Notes under the pieces: generated by a model | Seen by the model: the letters and a program-made list of their open reading frames with translations, nothing else | The model's database searches: none | Told to the model about the DNA's origin: nothing | Shown: positions 1 through 14,600 of the stretch, piece by piece | Position numbering within the stretch: position 1 is the stretch's first letter | Layout: the number at the start of each line of letters is the position of its first letter | Translations under genes and position numbers: made by a program | From: Halocafeteria seosinensis | Taxonomy: Eukaryota | Direction: 5' to 3' | Assembly (NCBI GenBank): GCA_001687465.1 | Contig: LVLI01000222.1 | Span: forward strand, 1 to 45,664 | DNA length: 45,664 bases

Positions 1-332
1 CCATCAAGCAAGTCTTGTCTTAGTGCCGTGGTAGCACCTGTATTGCTGTAACGACCCACTGAGCTAACACTGCTATAAAACCACCAAACATCAAATGCAC
101 CATAAATGGACCACGGAACACATCTACCGTCAATGTCTTCTCCTTGTCACACCGGCGCTGCCACACCGTGAACTGGGCTAGCTGGGCCTTCCTGTCTGAG
201 AGTTCAAAGAGATACAGTATGGAAAGGAATAACTGCTAATATCTCGCACCAAAATCCCTCTTTGCCTACAGTGTACATTGATACCCATCGCTCCAACTAC
301 GTAGGTAGAGGGTATATTCGTATGAGCCAAAG

Positions 333-1068
333 TTAACCGCGCCGTGATCTCTTCGATCGCCCCAATTCAGAAGCGATCGATTCTTCATCTTCATTGGAAG
401 CATCTGAACGCCTTCCTGTAAGCATGCCGTGCCTGCTGGTTCCGCCACCACGCACTGTATCCTCCCTCAAAGTTGGGCCTTCTTCGTCTGAAGAGGAGCC
501 ACTCATGTCCTCATCTTCGTCCTCGCCAGCACCGGCCAGCGATTGGTATCTCTCCTGGGCAATCCCTGCCATGGCCAGAACCTGTCTCGCGACCTGTGAA
601 TTGTCCTCTTGCTGTTCCTCCCGCAAGGTATCCAGCAAAGGGGTCGGCCACCCGGACTGACCTGTTCGTTCGGTAAGACAGACACAATGGAGTACACACC
701 GAAGGTGACTAACTTGGATCCTGAACTACGTACTATCCAGTTGCAATGGAGTGCCCAATATGTCAAAGCCTCGCTCAGTTCGGACTGGTGTTGGCTTGAA
801 GAAACTCCTTCCTACGGGAACAGGGATATACGTGGGGCCTGAGAACGTAGGGAGCGCCGAAGTCAGATCTGTACCAAGCCCACAAACCAATTGTTCAGAA
901 CGCTTAGAGCTTCCTCTTACCTCGCGGGGCCTCCGTATATTCAGGAAATAGAGGCGAGCTTGATCCATCACTGGAATCATCATCTACGTTCATCACAGCC
1001 TCGGTGTCCATTGGGGAGGCACTAAGAGCCGTTCTTGACGATGCTACATCGGTACGAAGTCCCGACAT
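333..1068 (-). CDS. Hypothetical acidic/low-complexity protein (~203 aa), 3 exons: 1068-921, 868-734, 661-333
   Basis: Three minus-strand ORF pieces join in frame through GT-AG introns 920-869 (gtaaga..tacag, 52 nt; an alternative in-frame acceptor at 839 gives 82 nt) and 733-662 (gtacgt..aacag, 72 nt). No recognisable domain. The 3' end is uncertain because another intron at 337-266 is possible. Confidence 0.5.
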
Positions 1069-1197
1069 TCTCCTTAATATTTTGGAAACAATATGCCGCA
1101 AATATGTCTATCAAGACACCGGATTCCACAACAATCGTCGTTTGAATTTTGGCAGAGTACTTGGAAACTACAAAAAGGAAATCTGGGGGGGCAAGAG

Positions 1198-1271
1198 AAG
1201 GGTCCCTTCCGTAACTTCAAGGTACCCTGCACAAAAAAAAAAGGGCCCCTTCGGATTTTGCTATGGTCCCC
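1198..1271. promoter_or_regulatory. Four phased AAGGGNCCCTT-like quasi-palindromes plus an A10 tract in the divergent intergenic region upstream of PGM
   Basis: AAGGGTCCCTT at 1198, AAGGTACCCT at 1219, AAGGGCCCCTT at 1241, ATGGTCCCC at 1263; spacing 21/22/22 bp. A-tract at 1233-1242. The regulatory role is inferred from position only. Confidence 0.4.
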
Positions 1272-1401
1272 CACTTGTAGCGTAGGCTGAGCAAAGAAAA
1301 AACCCACGAAACAGTGTACACACTACAATATACCGTCATTGGCTCACTAGTCTATATGCACATGATCCTGCTAAATTCTTAGAAAGAATTTGGATTGGTG
1401 A

Positions 1402-3438
<2,037 letters not shown>

Positions 3439-3672
3439 GTAGTCAATGATACTACTAATCGTGCCACTGAACAACACTATATCTATATTTAAATCTATGG
3501 ATAGTATTTTTTGGGATACCCGCCAAGGCAGCGTGTATTTTGAGCTCTTAAGGATAGTGCTTTACATAAGTTATCCTCTGGAAAACACAACCACAGCTAC
3601 TACCCACTGAGTATTCGGTATACCCTGAGTTGTATTCCGTCGCCTAGATGGTGGATACAGGACGTTAGCCTA

Positions 3673-5119
3673 TCATTCGTAATTCCGTCGTAGATCACGC
3701 AACCTTGATAGAGTTTCCCCTAGTAGAGTGATATTGGATGTAGCAGTCTTGATATGATTCGCTTCCTCATGTGCTCCGAAGCTCGAGCTTTGATTGCGCA
3801 ATTCCATGCTTACTTGTGCAATACTGTAATCGATAGAGTCTAAAGTGGTTCGTCTCGTATGTTCCCATTGTCCAATATGCGTTTCAGAAGCAGCGCTGTG
3901 TACGGCGCCAATGCGAGGGGTGGATTGGACACCAGTGTCCCTTACGGCCTTGTTCGTATCACAAGTAGTCGGCCTCTGCTCTGGATTCCTACCCGTCGAA
4001 GTGCTAGTAACATTGCTTTCTCTTTCTAGTCCCATGGTTGACGGGTGGGTAGCCTCTGCATGCGCCGGTGGGATAGGTGGACGCATACCGCGGGCAAAAG
4101 TTGAGAGTTGTTCGTCAGACATTTCTCTCCAATTTGCGGGTGCGTCGCGCACAACAGTGTTCCCCAGAGATATTGACGAGGCACCGTGACAGTCAGAACT
4201 TGTAGCTGCACTCGCCTGTGACCTTTCGTTGCTAGGCGAATTTAGTGCATCGTGCCTCTCATCAGCCTCCATATGAGATGTAACTTCTCCCAAAGCCTCC
4301 TGCCATGGATTTGAACTCCGAGTGGGTTCATGTTGCCCAGACGTTCCTACCGTGCTTCTTGACACATAATTGTACAGCGATGGTGGCGGATTCTTAAACT
4401 CGTTCCCGTCAAGGACGATGCGAGCGAAGTAGCCCGGCCCCCGTTGCTCTGGGGCCTTCCAGTCTGGACAAATAACACAGGTCTTCCTCCCACGTTTTTC
4501 TAATATGGGTGAGCTACATCCTGGAACGTCACATGTTTCTGAAAGCATCCTATATCCCTGAAGTAACAGGGGGCCCATTTTTCGTGAGACTACGTTGCTT
4601 ATGTGCGACCGGAATTCGGCTTCCTCACTATCATTGTTGTCCAACTGGTTGTCAGCGTCATCATAGGCCCTCGACGACTCGTCGGATCCCTCAGACACTC
4701 CATTCAAGGCTGTCTGACGTTCAGCACTCTGTTCATGTCCACTTGCTTGTCGTTGGCCTTCACCCTCGTTTCCGTACTGAATGTAGCAGTTGCATCGTGT
4801 GCAAAACAGCCTGTCTTGACGATCCCTCAACAGTGGTACCTGAAACCGCATCTCACTAAATCGAAAGTAGTATTGCATGAATACAAAAGAATGATGTGCA
4901 TGGAACTTACAGAGTTTCCGCATTCCTCTACTGGACAGATGGTGCCAGTCATGGCCCAGCCCTCCAACATCATCCGGCTCATCTGTGTATTCAAATCGAG
5001 GTTGTTGTGGCTGTGTGCGTGCAGTTGCACCGTATCTCAAGGCGACTTACTCGTTTGATAGCTTCATCTGAGCTGACGCGCTGAATGTCGCCATTTTGTT
5101 GTGCATTGTCGGACGACAT
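3673..5119 (-). CDS. Auto_anti-p27 (SSSCA1/ZNRD2-like) zinc-ribbon protein with two repeats, ~435 aa, exons 5119-5051, 4982-4911, 4839-3673
   Basis: The spliced product has DEAIKRMSRMMLEGWAMTGTICPVEECGNSVPLLRDRQDRLFCTRC and VSRKMGPLLLQGYRMLSETCDVPGCSSPILEKRGRKTCVIC, both fitting the family pattern, plus a C-terminal helical segment. Introns 5050-4983 (68 nt) and 4910-4840 (71 nt) are both gtaagt...cag. Confidence 0.85.
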
Positions 5120-5658
5120 TCTCTTTTTAATCACTGGGTGTAGAGGAAGGAGTTTTCGTGTCAGTCACACAGCCGGAAGGATATTCACCAATATGTATGT
5201 TTCCAGGGGATGGGAAAAAAAAACGCTGATGATGAAGGCAGCAGCTGCGAAACAAGGACAATAGAAGACGACTCAATTTGTCAGCAAATCTGTGCATAAG
5301 CGCATTGCGCAAGTCGATTCCAGAGTCACCCAGAGCAGTCGCCATCCGGGCCCTCAGCCCGGACTGGAACTTGGGCAGTCAAGCTGCTGACGAGCCTGGA
5401 ATCTAACGTGTGTTGTCCAGGAGAGGAGTAATTCGGATCTGAGTACTGCTCGACAGAAAGCGAGTGGCGCTTTTTGCTATAGATCTCTGTGATACCATTA
5501 CGTGTGGACTCGTCTCGCGTATTGCTTTATCCCTGTTGGTAAACAAACGGACGTTAACGTTGCGACGTCCAACTTCCGTCACCCAGCTTGGTTCTCTGCA
5601 CGCAGCTTTCAAGTTGGGCTGTAGTAGACGTCCACACTAATGCTGTAGTGGAGTTACA

Positions 5659-8600
5659 ATGGAATCAAAAGAGGACGCTGAGAGTACCTCGGCGCATGCG
5701 GATACCCAAACTGCGAACGAGCAGCAGGACAAGGACGCACTGGGAACCGACCAGCGAGGCAAGACAGAAGAAGGAAATAAAGAGGACGATACTCCTCCAT
5801 CCATGACCAAACTTTCCGAGGAAGAGTTTCTGAAAAGTCTAACTGAAGATGTGCGTTCGCAGGCGGAAAAGCAAGCTTCCAAAAATATCAAGATGTCGGA
5901 AAAAGAGAAGAAACAGAAATACCGCTCGTTGGCTTCACAGTTCAAAGCGAGGGAACCACTAGAGCTCGCCAAGGCAGCGCTGGAAGTCGATGCTGATGAT
6001 GACTTCTTCCGAAATGGTGGTGGGGCAGGACAGTACTTGAAGCTACTATTACACAAGGATGACGACGTAGTACAAGCAGCCTTGACGGGTCTACTACGAC
6101 AGCTGGCACACAGTGAGGAAGAGAAGCAGACAATAGCTTTCAACGATGGACTAGAAGGTACTAGTTTGGCGCTGCAGATATGCAACGTTGTTGACGCAGT
6201 CGCTATTCTCAGAGCTGCAGAAGAAGGTACAAAATGGAACGGCACAGAAATCTTTGTACGACACTTTTTCAGTCCGCGTCCGTTTATCGCCATTCTTGCA
6301 CTACGTTGCTATCGAATAATTCTAAACTCGGTAGTTACTGGACTACCCGTGTATTCGAGTATACGGTGGAAATGGCTCTCAGTTTTGTTGACAGCTGGTG
6401 ATCCCATCACGAAATTGCTTCAGGTGGTAGCTGCTGGCGTTGCTTCGGAGAAATCGGCTGCTTGGAATGCCTGGGCTTCTCAAACGTGGCAACATGCATC
6501 CAAGAATGAACCGCTTTCTCCTATGTCATTCCCTGCCAAGGAACTGAAACAAATGGAGTGCCCTTGTGTTGTTCCTATGTCCCCGGAGGCTGTAATGGAA
6601 GCCACAAAATGCATATATCTTAGCGTAACGGAAGTTTTCTCTCCCCTTCGGCGACCAAGGGAGGCCTCGCTTCCTGTTGACCATTCAAACTGCACAATCG
6701 AAGAATTGATCCCGCCCTCCATGGTTCCCCAAGACCTCAACAACTCGGACATGGAGACGGCGGTTATCAACGCTCTGAACGCAGAGAGTGGAAGTAACGA
6801 CGACGTTGCACCGTTTACTAAAGCCTCTGAAGAGACTGCCAGCCAGTTAACGACCGATCAAATCAGGAGGCATCAGCTTCGAGCAGACAGGTCCGAGTAC
6901 CTTGGCTCTAGTAAAAACGTCTATGGAACAACATATGTGGGGCCAGGTGTGGATGATAGGCGGATTCCTTCTTCTATATTTACAGATCTAGTTCCGTGGC
7001 ATCCGCTTCGGATGGCTATGAGGAAAACTTTGTCTCAAAATATCCGCGTCAACTTGAACACAGGCTCCCTGCAGCGAAATGGGATAATTGCCAATACAAA
7101 GTACTATGGTGGTACCGCCAGTAGTGTTGCACAGGCTTTCAGTACCTGGTGCTTCAGAGGAATGGACTTGCTCACGATGCTTTCACGGTATCGAATTCTC
7201 CCACCTCTTCACGGGATTGCTGCGCTATCGACATCGAAAGACTACTCTTGGTGTTTGAATGAATCAACCGAGGCATACACTGAATCACGAGGAGCTCATC
7301 CTCTTCTACCTGTCGCTAATTCCAAGTCCTCTAACGCTTTGAAAGAACTATCCTCCACGAAAACAGCCTCATTTCTCGAGAACGTCGCAGTGATCGAGCA
7401 TAGGCGTTGCGTAAATATCGAGACTGTCACCCAATGCCTTGGCTGGAGAATCTTAGATTGTCTCAGTCTACATGAAGATAACCGACCTCCTCTGTACGAT
7501 GCTGGAGTCTGGTGTATGGTGTCTTCTTCGATTGAACGAGTTAAGGAGCATCTTTTGCGGGTGTGCGTGGAACTGCAACGGGTATATATTGCTGAGCAAC
7601 TCCAGGAGGTAGATAATACTGCTGAGCGAGAATCTGAACATGATGGAGGAATACAAAGTCCCGTCCAGGGTCTAGTTCCGGAAGATTCAGAACGATCCCT
7701 ACTGAACAATGCTATTGAAGTCCTCACGAGGCAAAAGTTGGGTTCAGTTGATTTAGAAGTGGAATTATCAAGTATCATGCAGTCGGTCCCGAAGAAACCT
7801 CGATTCTCTAGGGCTTGGAAATTGATTGAAGTATTGATTTCGGGTATAGTTTCAATGCTGGAAACGTCATACCACCTTTGCCAATTTTGCTCCCCGAGCT
7901 CTTTACTTTCCGTGATTCAATCGACTCAGCCAGCAGAGCGTTCTCCTGTGGAGGCCATAGAGTCGGCTGTATGGGATGACTCTGTTAAGACAGAAACACC
8001 GGAGGAAGAGCGGACCTCTAGTGCTGGCAGTGGAAAAAAGGGAAAAAGTCGCAACTCTTCTTCCAAAAAAAACAAACGGAGGGAATCTGTATCAGGTCTT
8101 GGCGAGGAAACTGCCAGCGTCGCTGTCGCGGCGGCATCCAACCACAGTAAATATTGGGATTTTCTGCTCTCCCGCCCTCCTTGCGAAGCCCAAGATCTAG
8201 AGAACTCTTTCATCAAATTGGTGTGCAGTATCGTTGGAGTACCCTTTCACTATCTGTTTGACGATCTTATCAGTGTATCTCTAGGTACTTTGCGCGGAAT
8301 ATTTTTGCCCTTGGAAGATGAAGCATCGGCTGAATCACGCCGTGTCGTGGCAGCTGGCGAATGCAAAGTCTTGAGTGGTCTCCTTCGCTTACTCCGTAAT
8401 CCTCAAGTTGGTAACACTCTACGTGACCAAGCCGAATGCACGTTTTATAGTCTTATTCTCGATAAAGAGCGAACGGGGACATCGGAACAGCATCCGACGG
8501 TCCCTCCTTATCGCTTTCCGAGGGAGTTGTGGAAACAAAGTAAGACTAGAACGCATGTCGACGTTTACAATAAGTTGCTTCAGTTTTTCCCCCAAGACTG

Positions 8601-11600
8601 CACGGAAGAGGGAGGCCAAAGCTTTGGAGAAACCTTAGGAGACTGTATTTTGTACGAGGACCTCAAGCGCTATACCCAATCGAAGGATTACAATACCTGC
8701 ACGTGCCTGTTAAATCACGTGGCAGATACGTATCAGTGGTGCCAAACGGAGAACTCAGATACTTGGCTTAGTCTCCGCGAGCTGATCAGCGTTTTATGCT
8801 TGTGGCAAGAGGAACCCGTGTATGAATTCTTTGGAGGCGGGTTTGAACGGTACAGGAAAACCGGACTGTTGTCGGAATCCATGGTGGATGGAGAGGAGCA
8901 GAGACAACTCGGGGCGAAAATGTGCTCGCTCCTGAAAGAAGTATCTGGAGAACTCGGTAGTGAACAAGGGTGGGACGATCAGGCGGAAGAGGATCCTCTA
9001 ATGCAGTGGAGCATGCTGCTCCCGGGTTCAGAGAATTTGCTGGCTTCCTTGTCTCTTGCGGGGACTGCCGAGGAATTTGGATCCGAGAATGTGGATTCTA
9101 AAGAAATTTATCTGAATAATGTAGGCAGTCTTGTTTCACTATTAAATGGTGTTGCTTGCTGCCAGAAGTCGGGTGCTGTGTACAATCCATTGGCTGTTTG
9201 GGGTTGTTTCATTATGGGCTCTGGTTTGACGGACTCTAGCGATCTTATATCCTCGTTTCAAGAAGCTCCTGAGGAGAATCATGACCTCTTTTTATCCGTA
9301 GACAGCGAGGAGATTAGCTTATATTCCTACCATTGCTGGCATACGTTGTACGCGGAACTGTCGGACTGTCACAACTACGTTACGACTTCTAATTATGTAT
9401 CAGAGAGAGTCGTTACCCCAGCAATGTCTCTTACTACTACCACCATGGAAAAAGGGAAAAAGGGAAAAGAACCCAAAAGCCAGGGAAAAAAGGGAAAGTC
9501 AGAAAAGTCTCTATCCATACTTGAGGAACTTTCTGGGCTATCTCGAATGTTTCAGAAAGAGCATTTCAACGAGGGTTCCAAATATGATAGTCTACACCGG
9601 ATCACGAGGCTAATCGACCGAATTTCTGCTCCCGTGGAGAAATCTCCTCAGACGAATGTGCCGCCTGAGTTTCTAACTGGCTCGCATGTAAGTGGCCTCG
9701 TTGGTAGATATGGAATTGCGGGCTTACTATGTCAAGCCCCCATTAAATATGCTAAACACTGTATGAAACATGATAATAAAGAAGAGACTCAGCTCGAAAG
9801 ACTTACTGTTTATTCTCTGAGGACGTTACGCAAAGTTCTCCTGACCTCTCCAATAGAGCCAGCCGTACTTGGATCTTTGGGTGCCTCCGTTGTGGATTGT
9901 TTAGTAGTGCTCGCCGCACCACCAGGGGGGATTGATCGGGGCTCTGGAGAAAATGCGCCGGACCTTCTGTGGAGCCCCGCATGTCCGAAGAATATCCGTC
10001 CAGTAGAGATTTCTCTTGAGGACCTCATTGTGGGAGGTTTTTCTTCCCGTAATGGCGACGAAGGGAGTGCCTTATGTACAGATATCCGCACACAGGCTAT
10101 GGAAACTCTAGCTTGTATCTGTCATGCTGAGAATTTGTGGCGTTACCAGTTGCCGCAACAAATAACTGTCTTCGGAGACCACGGGACGGTAGGTTGGGAA
10201 ACCCTTTGGTCTGAACTTCCGGTGAGCAATGGAGAGGACACGACCAAAGCAGATAAGAAAGGCTCCAAGAAGGGAGAGAAGAACAGCAAAGGGGACGATA
10301 CCAGCTTCAAGCGTGAAGGTTTCTCATGGTCACCTGGTCACAGAGCTGGAATGCATGTTGCGAAGCACTTGCTATATCTTCTTGCTGTGTATTCAAACAC
10401 TGAAACACTACGAACTATGGGGTGCGAGTGGTCGGACACTTTGCTCACTACATTGAGTGCAATGTTGCAAGTACGCGGTTGCCGCGCAGCGAGCCTGAAC
10501 TGGCTTACATCAGCCTTGGGTCGGCCTTGGCTCAACCAAGTAGCAACAATCTGTGAAGAAGCCACCAACTTGGCACTGGATTTGTTCCCCTCGGTAGAGC
10601 AGAACGATGAGGGGTCATTAAAATGGAGCTCGCGATTGATCAAGCTGGCGGGTGGTTTCTCATCGCTTGAGCAAACAGAAACAGAGGAAGAGTTGTTGAG
10701 GGAAGCACTCAACAAGGCACAGTATTGGAGAGAGGGAGTAAGACAACTTGTTGAAAACACATGCGATACGTTGCTCCCTTCGCAGTTGTCTGACTTTGTG
10801 CCTTCCGGAGTGCACCCTTTACAGAGTTTTGATTATCCGTCCTTTGACTTAGATGTGTCAACCACACCGCTTGCTCCAGCTGAACTCTCGATGGCTGTAC
10901 GGGGTTTAGTAGGAGCAAGCCCGGCTCCAACCAAGAAAGGAGACGAAAAGAAGAAACCCCACTCATCTGACGAGGATAGCAGTGTTCCTGAAATCCCTGA
11001 ACAGCAACTTGCGAGTTATTTGGGTCTGAATTTCCGCTCGTGGTTCGGAGCCGATAGCCAGCATCTATCTTCTACTCCTCAAAGAGACTTGTGGTGGGTT
11101 TTTGGAGAGAGTGCTGACGCATTCGACACCGATATGTGGAAGTCTTCATACGAGAAGATCAAAGGATTAATCAATCTAGACATTGAATCGAAGCGCCAGG
11201 GTTGTTTATCTCCCGCTGTTTCTAGTGGCGGAGGAAGCACTAAGCAAAACAAGGGTAGGAAGGGTTGTCAAAGTGGTATCCAGGAAGAAGCGGTTCCATC
11301 AGAGAAGGATGGATGTACCAAACTGTTCGAAGATGTTGTAACGGATGTTTGTGACTCACTTCTAATCTTCCAGTTTCTTCTGCGAATACTAGACGCTACA
11401 ACTTCTCCGTCATCACTCGAGCGTTATATACATCAAGAATATAGCCAATTGAAACAGGATAAGAATGATGAAGTGAGTGCCTTCATCGCTGATGTGGGTA
11501 AGAGGGGAAGTGATATAGACCAGTTTTGGCGTGAGTGCTTCGCTGAACATCCTAGTCTTCCAGACCTGGTCCCCGACTCCATATTTTCGATGTTTGCGGA

Positions 11601-14600
11601 AGGGTCTAGTGGTAAGACTGGATCAAAAGAGAAGAAAAAAGCTTCCCCCCGTTCGAAAGATAAAGATACCAAAGGGGACACCTCTAGCAAGACGGAGTCG
11701 GAGAAGACTTTCCTGTTTGCCAAAGCTCCTTCGTGGAGAAGTTTTAGTCCTTTGGCGTTTCCAAAGATAGTTTCTAGCCCGTTAAATAAGAGCTTTATGC
11801 ATGAGGCGTTACGGTGTGTAGCCGTGCCTGGAGAACATGAGCTGCGGAAGGAATCGTGGAGTCAGGATCATTTACGATTGCCGAGATCGTGCTGCCAAGA
11901 ACGAGAACATCCCAGTGAAGGTCATCGACCACCTTTAGAAGAATTTCTGCTGAAGAGAGATATTCCTGTCATATCATTTGCGCGGTTACTTGAAGCATCA
12001 CGCTGCTCGATATATGGTGATCTAATCCGTACTCTATTCTATGCTCCATTGACGGAAATTTCGTCCTCACAATTGGTCCCATTGTCTGCTACTCCCTCTA
12101 GATCCGAGGACAATGATATGCGATTATATACCTATCCCCTCCGACAAAAATTCAAGTGCGCTGCTTCGATAGTGCGCGGATGCACAACTGACAACGAGGA
12201 GCGCCTGTCGCAACAGAGTATGCTTACAAACATGTTCTGCGCTGAAGCACTCCGAAGCGGAAGCCTGCAGAATATCCTGAGCTGGCTCGACGACTTTGTT
12301 AAGGCTTCGCAGGAAAGCGACAATGGTACTTCCTTAATGCCTTGTGAACTAGAAGAATTATATAGAATTTTGAACTACGTTATTCGGAGACCCCTCTTCA
12401 TTTCCGAAGATACCGTCATGAAGCAGTCCTGGATCGCTCATTGGTCACTATTGCTACGCGGAAAGCACCCTTGCCACCGTTATATCCATACCTCGTTTGG
12501 TGAGTCTACGACGAACTTGGAGATCCCATGTCTGCCTTTGCTACACTTAGTTTCCTCTCTCTGCACCAATCGACCTTGCGAATGGATTTTAGGAGACTCT
12601 TTCCTACATAAAGGACAGCTAGTGTACCGACAAGGGGTATCCACATTGGAAAAGCAATTTCAAGTCGGTTTGAGCAATGAGTGTTCGTCGGACACTCCAG
12701 ATAGCTCCGCTCCCGAAATCAACCCTTTCTCTCTAGATCTTGATTGCCAGGATGATGCTGGAAAAACTCCGGCCATGGTTAGCTTCATATACGGGCACAC
12801 TGTACGTGCGTTCTCGTTTCTTTGCGCCGGTTGCAATCCCAATGCGCAATGCGAGTCCGGAGACTCGTTATTAAAGTACGCCCTGTGTTCTCCTTCGCGT
12901 TCAGCTGTAGAGGAGCTTGTTTCGCAGATGGAGCTCGCAGGACGATTCCTATGCTCGCCATTTCCCACATCCAGTATTTTTGACGTGCCAAGGACGTTCC
13001 CCTTGATGAATGCTTTTACAGAGGAAGATAGTGTACTACAATGGGATCCTGACAAAGCCGATGGAACAATGGAGGAAATAGGGACGAGGCTAATCGAAGC
13101 TGGAGAGCAATCACTGCTATCTTTCGCTGTTTTGCTGGCATATGGTGCCTCGCCGACCTTGCAAGATGCTAGAGGCAATCACTGTCTACATTGGCTGGCA
13201 GCTCATTGCTCTTTGTTGTGTAATTGGAAGTCTGTTAATGTTATCCTGAGTCCTCGTTTGGATGCGGAATGTCGGAAAAATATGACAGAGATCGTTATTG
13301 AAATGTGGGGAAAAGACAGTGTGGATAAAGTGAATTTTCTCGGTGAAACTCCCTTGCACTGCGCACTTGCTCAAGGTAACGTGAGTATGGCACGACGACT
13401 GCTTGACCTTGGTGCGCATCCCAACGTAGTAGATGACCACGGTAACCTGCCCCTACATTACGCGGCCTTGGGGAGAGATCAAGAGAGTCCATTAGGTGAA
13501 CAAAGCGCAGGGATACTCGACGTTTTGACTAGGTTACTGAACGACGGTAATAACACTGCAATACAAATAGGGAGGAATGGCGAAACTGCGCAAGCGGCGT
13601 CCGAGAAGTCTCTCGAAGGAAAGATCGGTGATACCATGAAACGCCATAGCTATCCTACTTCCCTCCACGAGCTGAAACGAGAGTGTAGAGAATTGCTTTG
13701 GTACGACAACGACTGCGGTGTGGCCCCCATGCAGATCTTAGCTGGATTAGGCATTGCTGGGCACCAATTTCACAGATTGGGGCTACGCTTAGACTCTCAA
13801 AGAACTGTCTCCATTCCTGACATTCCCTACAAGATTGGAGCCGCCTCTGTGTCTGAAAAATGCAAAATGACGAGCTCGGTAATGTCACGGTGTTCAAGCG
13901 CATGGAGCACTGCCAGTGGTTGGTCTTGCTGTCCTATCCCTATTCCTATTAATACAGGTAGCTTGCAACAGGGTTGCCAGTCCTATTCGCTGTCAGTTTT
14001 TAAACATTTAGGTTGCAGCACTATTGGGGATACTGTTCGAAACACCTACACAATAACTGTTGCGGCAGAATCCTTAAGAAGGCAGGTTGCGTTGGCATAT
14101 GCTCTGTCTAGTTACTCCCTCGCTTCCGGTAAACTAGTTCATGCTTGCATTTCTTCTTGGTGTGACATAAACCATTACACATCGAATGGTGAGTCTGTTC
14201 AGGAAGTAGAGGAAACCATAACAGAGAGTAAAAACCCTTACGTGACGGAGAAAGTCCTTCTGCATAGCACTAAACGGAATGACCAAAGGGCGGACGAAGG
14301 AGGACTCGCCGCTAGAATCAGACCGGTGTATCCCCACTGTGATAATGAAGCGCTCTCGTACCATCAACGGCTCCTTCGGAAGGCCGACCACTTACTCGAA
14401 AGGGTCGCTGAGTGGACCGGCTCTACGGATGCGCTCGAAGCAATATCGATGTGGAAACGTTCTAAACGGCTAACGCTCGACATCATATTACAGCATTCAA
14501 AAAATGATCTATTGGCCAAATTCTTCTCATATGTGGTCGACGCGCCGACAACTGATGGAGGCTTTAACAGGATTTGTTTGCTACCACTTTCAGTTGGTAT

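Noticed and set aside
1..451. Minus-strand frame continuing through TAG/TAA stops, suggesting stop-codon reassignment
   Set aside because: TAA, TAG and TGA all terminate genes in this window, the giant ORFs have no internal stops, and the read-through peptide is unrecognisable.
1321..1330. CACTACAA resembling a CACTA/EnSpm terminal inverted repeat
   Set aside because: I found no matching opposite terminus or transposase, and it points into the PGM housekeeping gene.
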